24,000 nt of DNA from NCBI GenBank assembly GCA_019056785.1, contig DXJV01000025.1:58207-82206 (forward strand). Direction: 5' to 3'. The translations under genes were made by a program, and so were the position numbers. This document shows positions 16,400 to 24,000 of this stretch, piece by piece. How positions within the stretch are numbered: position 1 is the stretch's first letter; each line of letters starts with the position of its first letter. Below the pieces are notes generated by a model. That model saw nothing but the letters and a program-made list of their open reading frames with translations, made no database searches and was not told the DNA's origin. The DNA comes from Candidatus Heimdallarchaeota archaeon (lineage in GTDB: Archaea; Asgardarchaeota; Heimdallarchaeia; JABLTI01).

Positions 16400-17848
16400 T
16401 TAGGTCTTGTGTTTCCAGACTGTTCCTTTTGGTGTATCCTCGAGAATGACATCCAATTTTGCCAGACGATCCCTGATCATATCACTGGTTTCAAAGTCTT
16501 TTCGTTTCCGGGCAGCATTACGGATTTCAATGAGAAAATTGAGAAGCTCATCTGTGAGTTTATCGCCTTGTAAGGCTGCGTCTTTTAGAGAAAGCTTTTC
16601 GAAAAGGCCAAAGGTGCCCAGCAATGTTTTATAAATCGTGAAGGCTTCTTGGAGAACGCCAGGATTGATGTCTCCTTCTAGATATTTATTTAATGACTTC
16701 GCAAGTTCGTGAATGATTTTTAATCCTTTTGGGGTATCAAAGTTATTATCCATAACTTGTTCGAATTCGTTCTTTAGCGCATGAGCCTTGGTTAAGAGCG
16801 CTTCTTCTTGCTCAGAAAAGGGCGATGCGATGGTTGGTTCTCTTAAAACAGCCAGGACATTTTCAAGGGTATTGCGCAACTTTTCAACGCTATTTTTTGC
16901 ACTGATAAGCTTATCCTCAGAAAAGACGAGTAAGGCGTCATAGCGTGTCGAAAGATAAAGATAGCGTATAGTATCGGGTTCAAAAGACGACATAAGCTGA
17001 TGTAGAGCTGTGACATTCCCAAGTGACTTTGACATCTTTTCTTCTTTTATGCTTAGAAATTCACCATGTATCCAATAATGAACAAAAGGTTTCCCTGTAA
17101 TGGCTTCTGCTTGGGCAATTTCGTTTGTATGGTGTGGAAACTTCAAATCCACAGCACCGGTATGAATATCAAACGTTTCACCAAGATATTTCATTGACAT
17201 AACAGAACATTCAATATGCCAGCCAGGGCGCCCTTTCCCCCAAGGGCTTTCATAATATATCCCTCGTTTGATCTCTTCTTCTGTACTCTTCTTCCACAAT
17301 GCAAAATCCTGAACGTGTTCTTTATCGTACTCATCTGCTTTCGCTCGTTCACCAACTTTTTGTTTACCTAACTTAAGGTTAACAAGTTGACCGTATTTGT
17401 CGAATTTTTGGATGGCAAAGTATACTCCATCTTCCGTCACATAAGCAAATCCTTTATTCACGAGTTTTTGAATCCAATTGATCATATCTTGGATATGATC
17501 TGTCGCTCGAGGATAGATATGAGCCCGTTTGATATGCAACCAATCTATTCCTTTAAAGAAGATCTTTGTATATTTTTCTGTGAATTCTTTTAAAGTAAGC
17601 CCTTCTTTTGCTGAATCACGAATAGTCTTGTCATCAATATCTGTGATATTCATAACATGAAAGACTTCAAAGCCTTTAAACTCAAAGTAGCGGCGAAGAA
17701 TGTCCGCCATAAAGAAAGTGCGATAGTTACCAATATGGGGAGTTCCATAAACAGTTGGCCCACAAGTGTACATTTTAACCTTCCCTTCAACAAGGGGATG
17801 GAACTCTTCCATTTTATGCGTAAGACTATTTCGAACAATGATAGCCAT
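16400..17848 (-). CDS. cysS: Cysteine--tRNA ligase (class I)
   Basis: HIGH motif as PHIGNYRT and KMSKS motif as KMSKSLGN. The CysRS-typical blocks GRPGWHIECS and DIHTGAVDLKFPHH are present. Length is 482 aa. GGTGA lies 7 nt upstream of the ATG. Confidence 0.95.
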   Translation of the reverse strand: MAIIVRNSLTHKMEEFHPLVEGKVKMYTCGPTVYGTPHIGNYRTFFMADILRRYFEFKGFEVFHVMNITDIDDKTIRDSAKEGLTLKEFTEKYTKIFFKGIDWLHIKRAHIYPRATDHIQDMINWIQKLVNKGFAYVTEDGVYFAIQKFDKYGQLVNLKLGKQKVGERAKADEYDKEHVQDFALWKKSTEEEIKRGIYYESPWGKGRPGWHIECSVMSMKYLGETFDIHTGAVDLKFPHHTNEIAQAEAITGKPFVHYWIHGEFLSIKEEKMSKSLGNVTALHQLMSSFEPDTIRYLYLSTRYDALLVFSEDKLISAKNSVEKLRNTLENVLAVLREPTIASPFSEQEEALLTKAHALKNEFEQVMDNNFDTPKGLKIIHELAKSLNKYLEGDINPGVLQEAFTIYKTLLGTFGLFEKLSLKDAALQGDKLTDELLNFLIEIRNAARKRKDFETSDMIRDRLAKLDVILEDTPKGTVWKHKT

Positions 17849-18063
17849 CTTTTTTTCACCGATTTTCCTTTGTTCTTTATACTTCTTTAACTGTGTGCAA
17901 TAGTATTTTAATTTTCATAGTTTGCTAGTCTTATAAAAGGATTTATGCAATATTTGCTTATTTCAGGAGAAAGCATCTTAGTAGAAGAAAGCTCAAGAAG
18001 TAAGTATTATAAATCACAAGTTCTATGAGATAGATAGATTATTTTAATCAACAAACAGGTGAA

Positions 18064-19476
18064 ATGAGGCTAACAAAAATGACTGTTGGTAAAATCACAA
18101 TTAAACCGGCAAACAAAGGAGCCATAATCACCTATTCCATTATTTCATTGTTGTTCTTTGGAGCAGGCATCCTTTGTTTTATCCTCCTGTTGGGGATACA
18201 AGTTCCCGGTGAAACATACACAATTGGAAAAGCAATAACAGACTTTTTTGCATCGATTTCTTTTGCAGGAAGCACCTTAGCGGCTTATTGGTGGGTATTA
18301 TTACTTGCTGGTTTAGGGCTTATTCTCGTGGGCTTTCTTGTTGGATGGCTGTTACTTTTCTTGACGGCGAAAATTGGGCACATCCTAGTCTATGCGGGTG
18401 TGGCATTTTACATTGTTGGTGCTATTATTGGTGTGGTACTGGCTATTCCCTTTGGAGGCGCTCTTTATGCATTAATTGGTTTGGGACCGGCAATAATTCT
18501 AATTATTGGGCTCTTCACCAACATTAACAAGTTTAAACGCGCAGGCGAATTCATGAAATTTACCGGACAAGTTATCTTAGCAGAGAAAGGCATGTTGCTC
18601 GCCCCGATTCTCATTGCATTTAGCTCAATGATAAGTATTTTATCAATGGGATCTATTTTCGCCTATCTGGTCTTTATTTTCGATGCGATCCCTTGGCTAG
18701 GCTATTTATTAGGTTCCCTAGCGTCTCTCCTACAATTGATCGTTTATTATGGCACCTTTTATGTCGCAGAAGCAATAAATACTACGTATGCTTATGAGTG
18801 GTATCGCAAAAGAGATCCTGACATGAAGTTTTGCAGGAAAAACGTCGCCGGAAATTTCGGACCAATCTTTGCTTTCGGTGTCACTACAGCCCTTGTTAGC
18901 TGGTTGCAAAGAATGCTAAGAAACGCTGCCGCCAATGCACGGACCAAGGGTGCAGCAATTTTAGCAATACTCGCCCGGATTGTTGCAAGCCTTTTAGGAA
19001 TCATCTTCAAGTATCTGACCTATTTCACACTCCCTGCAATTGTTGTAGAAGGCCGGAAGTTCAAAGATGGTATAACGAGGAGCTTCAATTTACTGAAACG
19101 GTATTATATGGATGTCATTATACGTGAAACTGGCGTTGATCGAGGAATGGGCATCTTACAATGGATTGCCATTTTTATCTATGGTATTTTAGGTGTCATT
19201 GCTGGCTTTGTTGTTAAGATGACGACTAATGAAAGCTGGACCTTTGCAATGCTTATTTGCGTCATTCCTGCGATTATCTTCGCAAGTATCCCCACCTTCT
19301 TCATCTTCAGACCCATGAAAACAGCCTACTTAACTTTCATCTTTGCTTATGCTCAAGATGAAGAAAGTGGCTTTAAACTTCCAACAAGAATGCCTGCGGC
19401 ACTTCGTGGTGACTTGAAATCAGTTCGCAGCACAATGGATACAAGTAAATCAATTGCAGCAGTAGTGCAAAAATAA
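18064..19476 (+). CDS. Polytopic integral membrane protein (roughly 10 or more hydrophobic segments), family uncertain, possibly choline-transporter-like (CTL/SLC44/Pns1-like)
   Basis: 470-aa ORF dominated by long hydrophobic stretches. The blocks YYGTFYVAEAINTTYAYEWYRKR, FGPIFAFGVTTALVSWLQRMLR and YFTLPAIVVEGRKFKDGITRSFNLLKR resemble CTL-family conserved blocks as I remember them. This is unverified. ATG 18082 is an alternative start. Confidence 0.75.
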   Translation: MRLTKMTVGKITIKPANKGAIITYSIISLLFFGAGILCFILLLGIQVPGETYTIGKAITDFFASISFAGSTLAAYWWVLLLAGLGLILVGFLVGWLLLFLTAKIGHILVYAGVAFYIVGAIIGVVLAIPFGGALYALIGLGPAIILIIGLFTNINKFKRAGEFMKFTGQVILAEKGMLLAPILIAFSSMISILSMGSIFAYLVFIFDAIPWLGYLLGSLASLLQLIVYYGTFYVAEAINTTYAYEWYRKRDPDMKFCRKNVAGNFGPIFAFGVTTALVSWLQRMLRNAAANARTKGAAILAILARIVASLLGIIFKYLTYFTLPAIVVEGRKFKDGITRSFNLLKRYYMDVIIRETGVDRGMGILQWIAIFIYGILGVIAGFVVKMTTNESWTFAMLICVIPAIIFASIPTFFIFRPMKTAYLTFIFAYAQDEESGFKLPTRMPAALRGDLKSVRSTMDTSKSIAAVVQK

Positions 19477-19511
19477 GAACCTTCCGTTCTTTTCTTCCTT
19501 TTTCTTTTTTT
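19475..19511 (+). terminator. 6-bp hairpin (AAGAAC-CTTCC-GTTCTT) overlapping the stop codon, followed by an extended T-rich tract
   Basis: Read directly: the stem is 19475-80 / 19486-91, then TTCTTCCTTTTTCTTTTTTT. Confidence 0.4.
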
Positions 19512-19676
19512 GCTAAATAGTAAAAAAAGAACGAACATTTTTCATGCTTGTCTTTTAATTCCTTTTTTTTACTATCTACCTTTCACGTAAAGACATATTT
19601 GCAAAGAATAAAACTATGACAACAAAAGCAATCACAAGCACTATATACCAATACTCGGAAACAATTATCAGTGGCA

Positions 19677-20039
19677 ATGAGCGCAAATACACTTCTTCTC
19701 ATCAAATCAGAATTAGAAGAAGCGAAGAAAAAAGGCGTACAATTTTGCTCCATTGCCTTTAAATAGCTTGAGCAGTTAACCCCTTCTATTAAAAGAGAGC
19801 TGTACAAAGAAACAGGTTTTGACCATTACGTAATCCCCCTCACTTTTTACTTAAAGCCTATTCCCAAATTCTTCAAGCTAACTAAGAAAATTAGTGAGAT
19901 AATTGATTGCCCTGGCATAATTATTTCCTATAGTGTTGAGTCTGTTGTGCTTTTACCCCTGTTCCCACATGAAACGTTTTTTTGGCATCTGGGTTTTCTC
20001 AGAGCAGATCATAAAGCAACAACTAGTGGCATACAATGA
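19677..20039 (+). pseudogene. Candidate disrupted or recoded ORF: 120 codons open except for one in-frame TAG at 19764-19766
   Basis: Reading from ATG 19677 gives MSANTLLLIKSELEEAKKKGVQFCSIAFK-TAG-LEQLTPSIKRELYKETGFDHYVIPLTFYLKPIPKFFKLTKKISEIIDCPGIIISYSVESVVLLPLFPHETFFWHLGFLRADHKATTSGIQ-TGA. After the TAG there are 90 stop-free codons with no ATG/GTG/TTG for 60 codons. This argues that the frame began upstream of the TAG. I recognise no homology. Confidence 0.25.
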
Positions 20040-20158
20040 ATTATTTTCCCTTGCAGAAAAGACTCAAGTTTTACATTTCAGCTTAATTAAGAATAGTTTA
20101 ATAATTGACTTTCCTATTTACTAACAGACGCCGTTTATTACTCCGGGGTTAATAAGGA

Positions 20159-21421
20159 ATGACTAGTAGCAGCGTTGAACCAAAGAAAAAAAAACCAAAG
20201 GAACGCTTTAAACGCCTAGGTGTAGGGTTTAAGAAAAGGCTTCTAAAATTTTCAATTGTCTCTTTAATTGGGCTTTGCATTAATTTGGCGGCTTTAAATT
20301 TTGCAGAGTTTATACTCTATCATATTCACTCGAGTATTTTGGAAGCCGGACACAAGATTTGGATCTTCTCTTTTACTTATATTGACTTGATTTCAATTGC
20401 AACAGGTATCGCAGCTGCAACTCTTTCTAATTACATTCTTAATAAGATTTGGACCTTCGAAAAAGCGAAAGTTGAACGTGTTATAACCCAATTCTTGAAA
20501 TACGCTGTTGTAGGAGCCTCGGGAGCAGTTCTCAAATACCTTCTAACAACGGCATTAAAAACAGCATTTCTTCATGTTATCCCCTCAGATCGATGGGCGA
20601 CGGTCCCTGCCAGCGCAGTTGCCTTTACTGTTACGGTAGTATGGAACTATATTTGGAACGAAGTTTGGACGTTTGATGTTATTGAAGGTGTCTCAGAATC
20701 ATTTGAAATTCCGGAGGGGATGGACTTTAGCGATGTGACAATTATCACTCCGACTTTCAACGAAGGAGAAAATATTGGCCCTTTATTGGAATATTTGAGT
20801 AAACATTTACCCGGAGTTCATGTTATAGTTGCAGATGATGGGTCAACAGACGGGACGCGCGAATATGTTAGAGAGTTCCAAAAAACCAATCCAAAGTTTC
20901 ATCTTCTTGACCGAGAAAAAGAAGCCGTCCATGGATTGACAATAAGTGTAATTGATGCTATTAAGCAAACCGAGACACCTTATTTCGTTGTCATGGATTG
21001 CGACTTTCAACACCCACCAGAAAAGGTTGCAGAGATAACTGTGAAATTACGAGAAGGCTTTCATTTCGTTGTCGGAGAACGAGATGAAATCCCAGAATGG
21101 TCCTTTAAACGGAGGTTAATCTCTTGGGGAGCATCTGTTATTGGCAAGTTCTCCCTTTGGCTACACTGTTCAGCAACATGTGGCGATGTTATGAGCGGTT
21201 TTTTTGGCGGAAAGACAGATTTTGTTAAAACAATTATTGAAAATCATCCCAAAGGGTTCAGACCTCAGGGGTATAAAATCTTATTTGAGTTATTAAAACA
21301 TTCAAAAAGGAAAAAGACAACAGTAGGAAGGGTGGGATATATCTTCCAACAGAGAGCTCATGGAGAATCGAAAATCTCCAAAAAGCACATCATTGAATTC
21401 CTCAAGTCAGCTTTCCCTTAA
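20159..21421 (+). CDS. GtrA-like membrane domain fused N-terminally to a GT2 polyprenol/dolichol-phosphate glycosyltransferase (DPM1/AglD-like)
   Basis: The N-terminal 170 aa has 4 hydrophobic segments with GtrA-like NYILNKIWTF and WNYIWNEVWTF motifs. The GT2 part carries IITPTFNEGENI, VIVADDGSTDGT and VVMDCDFQHPP (DxD-type). Confidence 0.85.
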   Translation: MTSSSVEPKKKKPKERFKRLGVGFKKRLLKFSIVSLIGLCINLAALNFAEFILYHIHSSILEAGHKIWIFSFTYIDLISIATGIAAATLSNYILNKIWTFEKAKVERVITQFLKYAVVGASGAVLKYLLTTALKTAFLHVIPSDRWATVPASAVAFTVTVVWNYIWNEVWTFDVIEGVSESFEIPEGMDFSDVTIITPTFNEGENIGPLLEYLSKHLPGVHVIVADDGSTDGTREYVREFQKTNPKFHLLDREKEAVHGLTISVIDAIKQTETPYFVVMDCDFQHPPEKVAEITVKLREGFHFVVGERDEIPEWSFKRRLISWGASVIGKFSLWLHCSATCGDVMSGFFGGKTDFVKTIIENHPKGFRPQGYKILFELLKHSKRKKTTVGRVGYIFQQRAHGESKISKKHIIEFLKSAFP

Positions 21422-21440
21422 AGGGCAAAGATTATTCAAT

Positions 21441-22226
21441 TTAATGAAAAACCAATTTCATAGCATTTTCAAATTCGGGTGAATGGGGATCGCCCTGCCA
21501 AATAAGCCGTTTATCCAAACAAACAGCTCTATTACAGAGTTCTTTGATCAGCGGAATGCTATGAGAAACCATTACAATTGTAACGGAAGTTTCTTGGTAA
21601 ATATTTGCTATAACATCTGCAATGTTTTTGGCAACCTTAAAGTCGAGTGCGGTAAAGGGTTCATCAATAAGAAGAATTTCAGGGTTGTTAACAAGTGCTC
21701 TGGCAATCTTTATTTTCTGTTGTTGCCCTCCACTAAGATGGCCTATGGGTCGTTTTGCCATTGCATCCATTCCTACCAGTTTTAAGGCGGCGGTGATTTT
21801 TTCCCGGTGTTTTTTGGAGAGCGCCCTAAAGAAGCCAATTTGCGAGTAAAGCCCCATGCCAACCACATCTTCTACTAGTGCCGGAAAATTGCGCTCTATA
21901 TTTTGGATCTGGGGGACATAACCGATTTTTGCCTTTATACCCCGGATGTTACTTTTTGTCAAATCTTTGCCAAACACACGCAAACTCCCTTGAACGGGCT
22001 TGATTGCACCGACAATTGATTTTAAGAGCGTGCTTTTCCCAGAACCATTCGGACCGCAGATGCCAATAAAGTCATGTTGATGAACATCAAGATTGATGTC
22101 GAATAATGCCACATTAGTTTGATAGGCAACTGCAAGTCCATTTATGCAAATTAAAAGGTCATCATCTGGCGATTGTTCATCTCTGTCATAGACTTTTTGT
22201 GAAGTGGTTTGTTCTTTTTTTGCCAT
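21441..22226 (-). CDS. Metal (Zn/Mn/Fe) ABC transporter ATP-binding subunit, ZnuC/TroB/MntB-type
   Basis: Walker A GPNGSGKS, ABC signature LSGGQQQK and Walker B LLIDEPFTALD. It starts 6 nt after the permease stop. The specific metal cannot be read from the sequence. Confidence 0.9.
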   Translation of the reverse strand: MAKKEQTTSQKVYDRDEQSPDDDLLICINGLAVAYQTNVALFDINLDVHQHDFIGICGPNGSGKSTLLKSIVGAIKPVQGSLRVFGKDLTKSNIRGIKAKIGYVPQIQNIERNFPALVEDVVGMGLYSQIGFFRALSKKHREKITAALKLVGMDAMAKRPIGHLSGGQQQKIKIARALVNNPEILLIDEPFTALDFKVAKNIADVIANIYQETSVTIVMVSHSIPLIKELCNRAVCLDKRLIWQGDPHSPEFENAMKLVFH

Positions 22227-22232
22227 TATCCA

Positions 22233-23255
22233 TTATTCCTCCGGTTCTTTTTTGTGTTCATGATGATGAACTAAGGGTTCTTTCTTAAGCAAGGCTTTTT
22301 TCTGGATCTCAATTTTTTCGGCATTATGAATATGCTCGATATCACCAAAAATGCATTCTGGGTTTGGGCAATGACCTGTTTCGTCGAAAAATTTCTTGCA
22401 AAAAGGGCATTCTCCTGAGAGTTTCTTTAACGACCGTCTTTTAGGTGAAAATGCAAAGGAAACAAAAAAGACGAGTGAAACAGTTGTTGCAATAGATGCT
22501 GCAGAAGCAAGATCAAGAACATAAGAAAGGAATAACCCCACAAGTGAAGAGCTAACACCAAAAATGACAGAAAGACCAATCATCTTATTCAACTTGAAAG
22601 TCCATTGATAGGCTGCAGCAGCAGGGGTGACAATCATTGCAAAAACGAGAATCGCACCTATTGCCTTTAAGGAGACAGCAATGGTTATTGAAACTAAAAT
22701 CAAAAAGACGTAATTGAGCAGGGCAACTGGAATGCCGGAAATATTAGCAAGCTCAGCATCAAAGGTTATAAAGTAAAGTTCTTTTTTAATAAGGAATAAC
22801 ACAACAAGCACTAAAGCAGAATAAATGACCAGAAGTATGAAATCCTCTCGATCAACTGTTAATAAATTACCAAAAAGGACTGATTTGATATCAGAGGTAT
22901 ATTCCTTTTGTAAGCCAATAAAAAGGGCAGCGAGAGCAATAAAAAAGGAAAAAACAATACCAATAATCACCTCATCGCGCATTATTTGTTTCTGGTTGAC
23001 ATAGCCAATTCCAAGAGCAGAGAGGATGGAAAAGCCCATAATTAATAACAAGGGGTTCTCAACACCAATAAGAATGCCCAGTGTTGCACCAGCAAAAGAG
23101 GAATGAGCAATTGCTTGCCCGAGAAAAACCATCCCTCGAAGTAAAACAAAAACACCAATTATCGAACAAACGATGCCGATAATTATACTCGAGAAGAGCG
23201 CGCGTTGCATAAAACCATACTGAAATGCTTGGAAGAATTCTACAATTTTAGACAT
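22233..23255 (-). CDS. Metal ABC transporter permease (ABC-3 family, ZnuB/TroC-type) with a C-terminal Cys4 and His-rich cytosolic tail
   Basis: Multi-TM ABC-3-like sequence (MQRALFSSIIIGIVCSIIGVFVLLRGMVFLGQAIAHSSFAG). I prefer ATG 23255 (MSKIVEFF), with AGGAGG 9 nt upstream and an ATGTCTAA overlap with the upstream gene's stop. I do not favour the track's longer start at 23327. Confidence 0.9.
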   Translation of the reverse strand: MSKIVEFFQAFQYGFMQRALFSSIIIGIVCSIIGVFVLLRGMVFLGQAIAHSSFAGATLGILIGVENPLLLIMGFSILSALGIGYVNQKQIMRDEVIIGIVFSFFIALAALFIGLQKEYTSDIKSVLFGNLLTVDREDFILLVIYSALVLVVLFLIKKELYFITFDAELANISGIPVALLNYVFLILVSITIAVSLKAIGAILVFAMIVTPAAAAYQWTFKLNKMIGLSVIFGVSSSLVGLFLSYVLDLASAASIATTVSLVFFVSFAFSPKRRSLKKLSGECPFCKKFFDETGHCPNPECIFGDIEHIHNAEKIEIQKKALLKKEPLVHHHEHKKEPEE

Positions 23256-24000
23256 GGGGAAGGTCCTCCTTATGTCGGTATCGAACAACAATAACAAGAA
23301 TGGAAATAGCAAGAAAGCCAGAACCATTCAACGCAATAAGAAACCAAAAAGAAACAACGTCGCCTATTTTAGGGGGTTCATGTGGATTTTTAAGGGCAAT
23401 AAGATCATATTCAATCATTTTGATATAGGAAGTAATGATGCTGCCCTGTGCCAGAACAAACCCTTCTACATCAGGAACATCCAAGAGGGGGGTTAACTCG
23501 GCAATTTTGATGTTCGTGTCACGTGCGATTTCTGCGACTTGTTTTTCATCTAATTGTGGTTGATTTATAATTAGTGAAACGTTTTTCGTGATGATCTTAT
23601 CGACAATATCAGCAATATGCTCTGGGCTGGGCTCTTCACCTTCGTGTTCTTCAATAATAGCAACACGTTCGACACCAAGTAGATCCAACAGATACATCAT
23701 CGAGGGGTGATGCACAACAACTTTCAAATTTTGGAGCGTAAGCCGTGTGGCATTAATTTGCGCTAAAAGTGCATCTAGTTTTGCAAGATAAGCTTCTTTA
23801 TTAGAGAGATAGGTGGCACTATTTGCCGGGTCGAGTGTGATAATTTCCTCGTAGATTTTAGCCACCATTGTCTTGACAATTGTTGGGTCCATCCAAACAT
23901 GTGGATTAAGAGCCTCGATAAGGGGATCATAGCGCAACATGGATTGAGTAACCAGCGTAAGAACTTTCACGTTTGGATTTGCCAGTAATACCGCATCAAC
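23248..24000 (-). CDS. Metal ABC transporter substrate-binding protein (ZnuA/TroA family), N-terminus beyond the window, with a C-terminal membrane anchor
   Basis: The frame stays open from 23970 up to 24000 (VDAVLLANPN upstream of the track's GTG), so the gene is partial. NPHVWMDP and HPSMMYLLD are typical of cluster A-I binding proteins. The C-terminal hydrophobic segment is VVSFWFLIALNGSGFLAISILVIVV. Confidence 0.85.
   Translation of the reverse strand, partial: VDAVLLANPNVKVLTLVTQSMLRYDPLIEALNPHVWMDPTIVKTMVAKIYEEIITLDPANSATYLSNKEAYLAKLDALLAQINATRLTLQNLKVVVHHPSMMYLLDLLGVERVAIIEEHEGEEPSPEHIADIVDKIITKNVSLIINQPQLDEKQVAEIARDTNIKIAELTPLLDVPDVEGFVLAQGSIITSYIKMIEYDLIALKNPHEPPKIGDVVSFWFLIALNGSGFLAISILVIVVRYRHKEDLPHV

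Noticed and set aside
19583-19807. 74-aa minus-strand ORF in the 19.5-20.1 kb gap
   Set aside because: It is Cys/Phe-rich and low in complexity, has no Shine-Dalgarno-like motif, and overlaps the more plausible plus-strand frame.
23256-23327. Longer N-terminus (start at 23327) for the ABC permease
   Set aside because: ATG 23255 has AGGAGG at 9 nt and forms the classic ATGTCTAA start/stop overlap with the binding-protein gene. The extension would overlap that gene by 80 nt.
1-24000. Search for tRNA, rRNA, CRISPR repeats, transposase/integrase genes or terminal inverted repeats
   Set aside because: I saw no T-loop (GGTTCRAATCC-like) motif in intergenic DNA, no regularly spaced direct repeats and no recombinase-like ORF. 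A by-eye scan cannot exclude small or degenerate elements.

Overview
AT-rich (about 40% G+C by eye, not computed), gene-dense, archaeal-looking chromosomal window. I support 15 protein genes, two partial at the window edges, plus one tentative small ORF and one tentative disrupted ORF. I found no rRNA, tRNA, CRISPR array, transposase or integrase. Archaeal character rests on GGTGA/GGAGG Shine-Dalgarno-like motifs 5-10 nt before many starts, oligo-T terminators, a two-module CDC48 ATPase, a DPM1-type glycosyltransferase, and a Snf7/CHMP4-type ESCRT-III gene. That ESCRT-III type fits an Asgard-type archaeon best, but lineage cannot be proven from this window. The right part (13.6-24 kb) is ordinary: a small winged-helix protein, CDC48, cysS, a polytopic membrane protein, a GtrA-GT2 fusion and a ZnuABC/TroABC-type metal ABC importer. 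The left part (1-13.5 kb) is the interesting part. Two diverged paralogs of a giant protein (>764 aa partial and 1037 aa) carry a Roadblock/longin-like N-terminal domain. They bracket a tandem V4R-like (Bet3/TRAPP-fold family) gene and an orphan larC. The second paralog is divergently paired with an atypical 881-aa HerA/FtsK-superfamily ATPase. That ATPase is followed, in the same frame across a single TGA, by an uncharacterized helical protein. A 700-bp intergenic region with a GC-rich structured island then precedes the lone ESCRT-III gene. An 18/19-nt G-rich motif lies just upstream of A/T-rich TATA-like tracts of both the V4R-like gene and the ESCRT-III gene. All family assignments come from motifs I recognise by eye; no searches were run.
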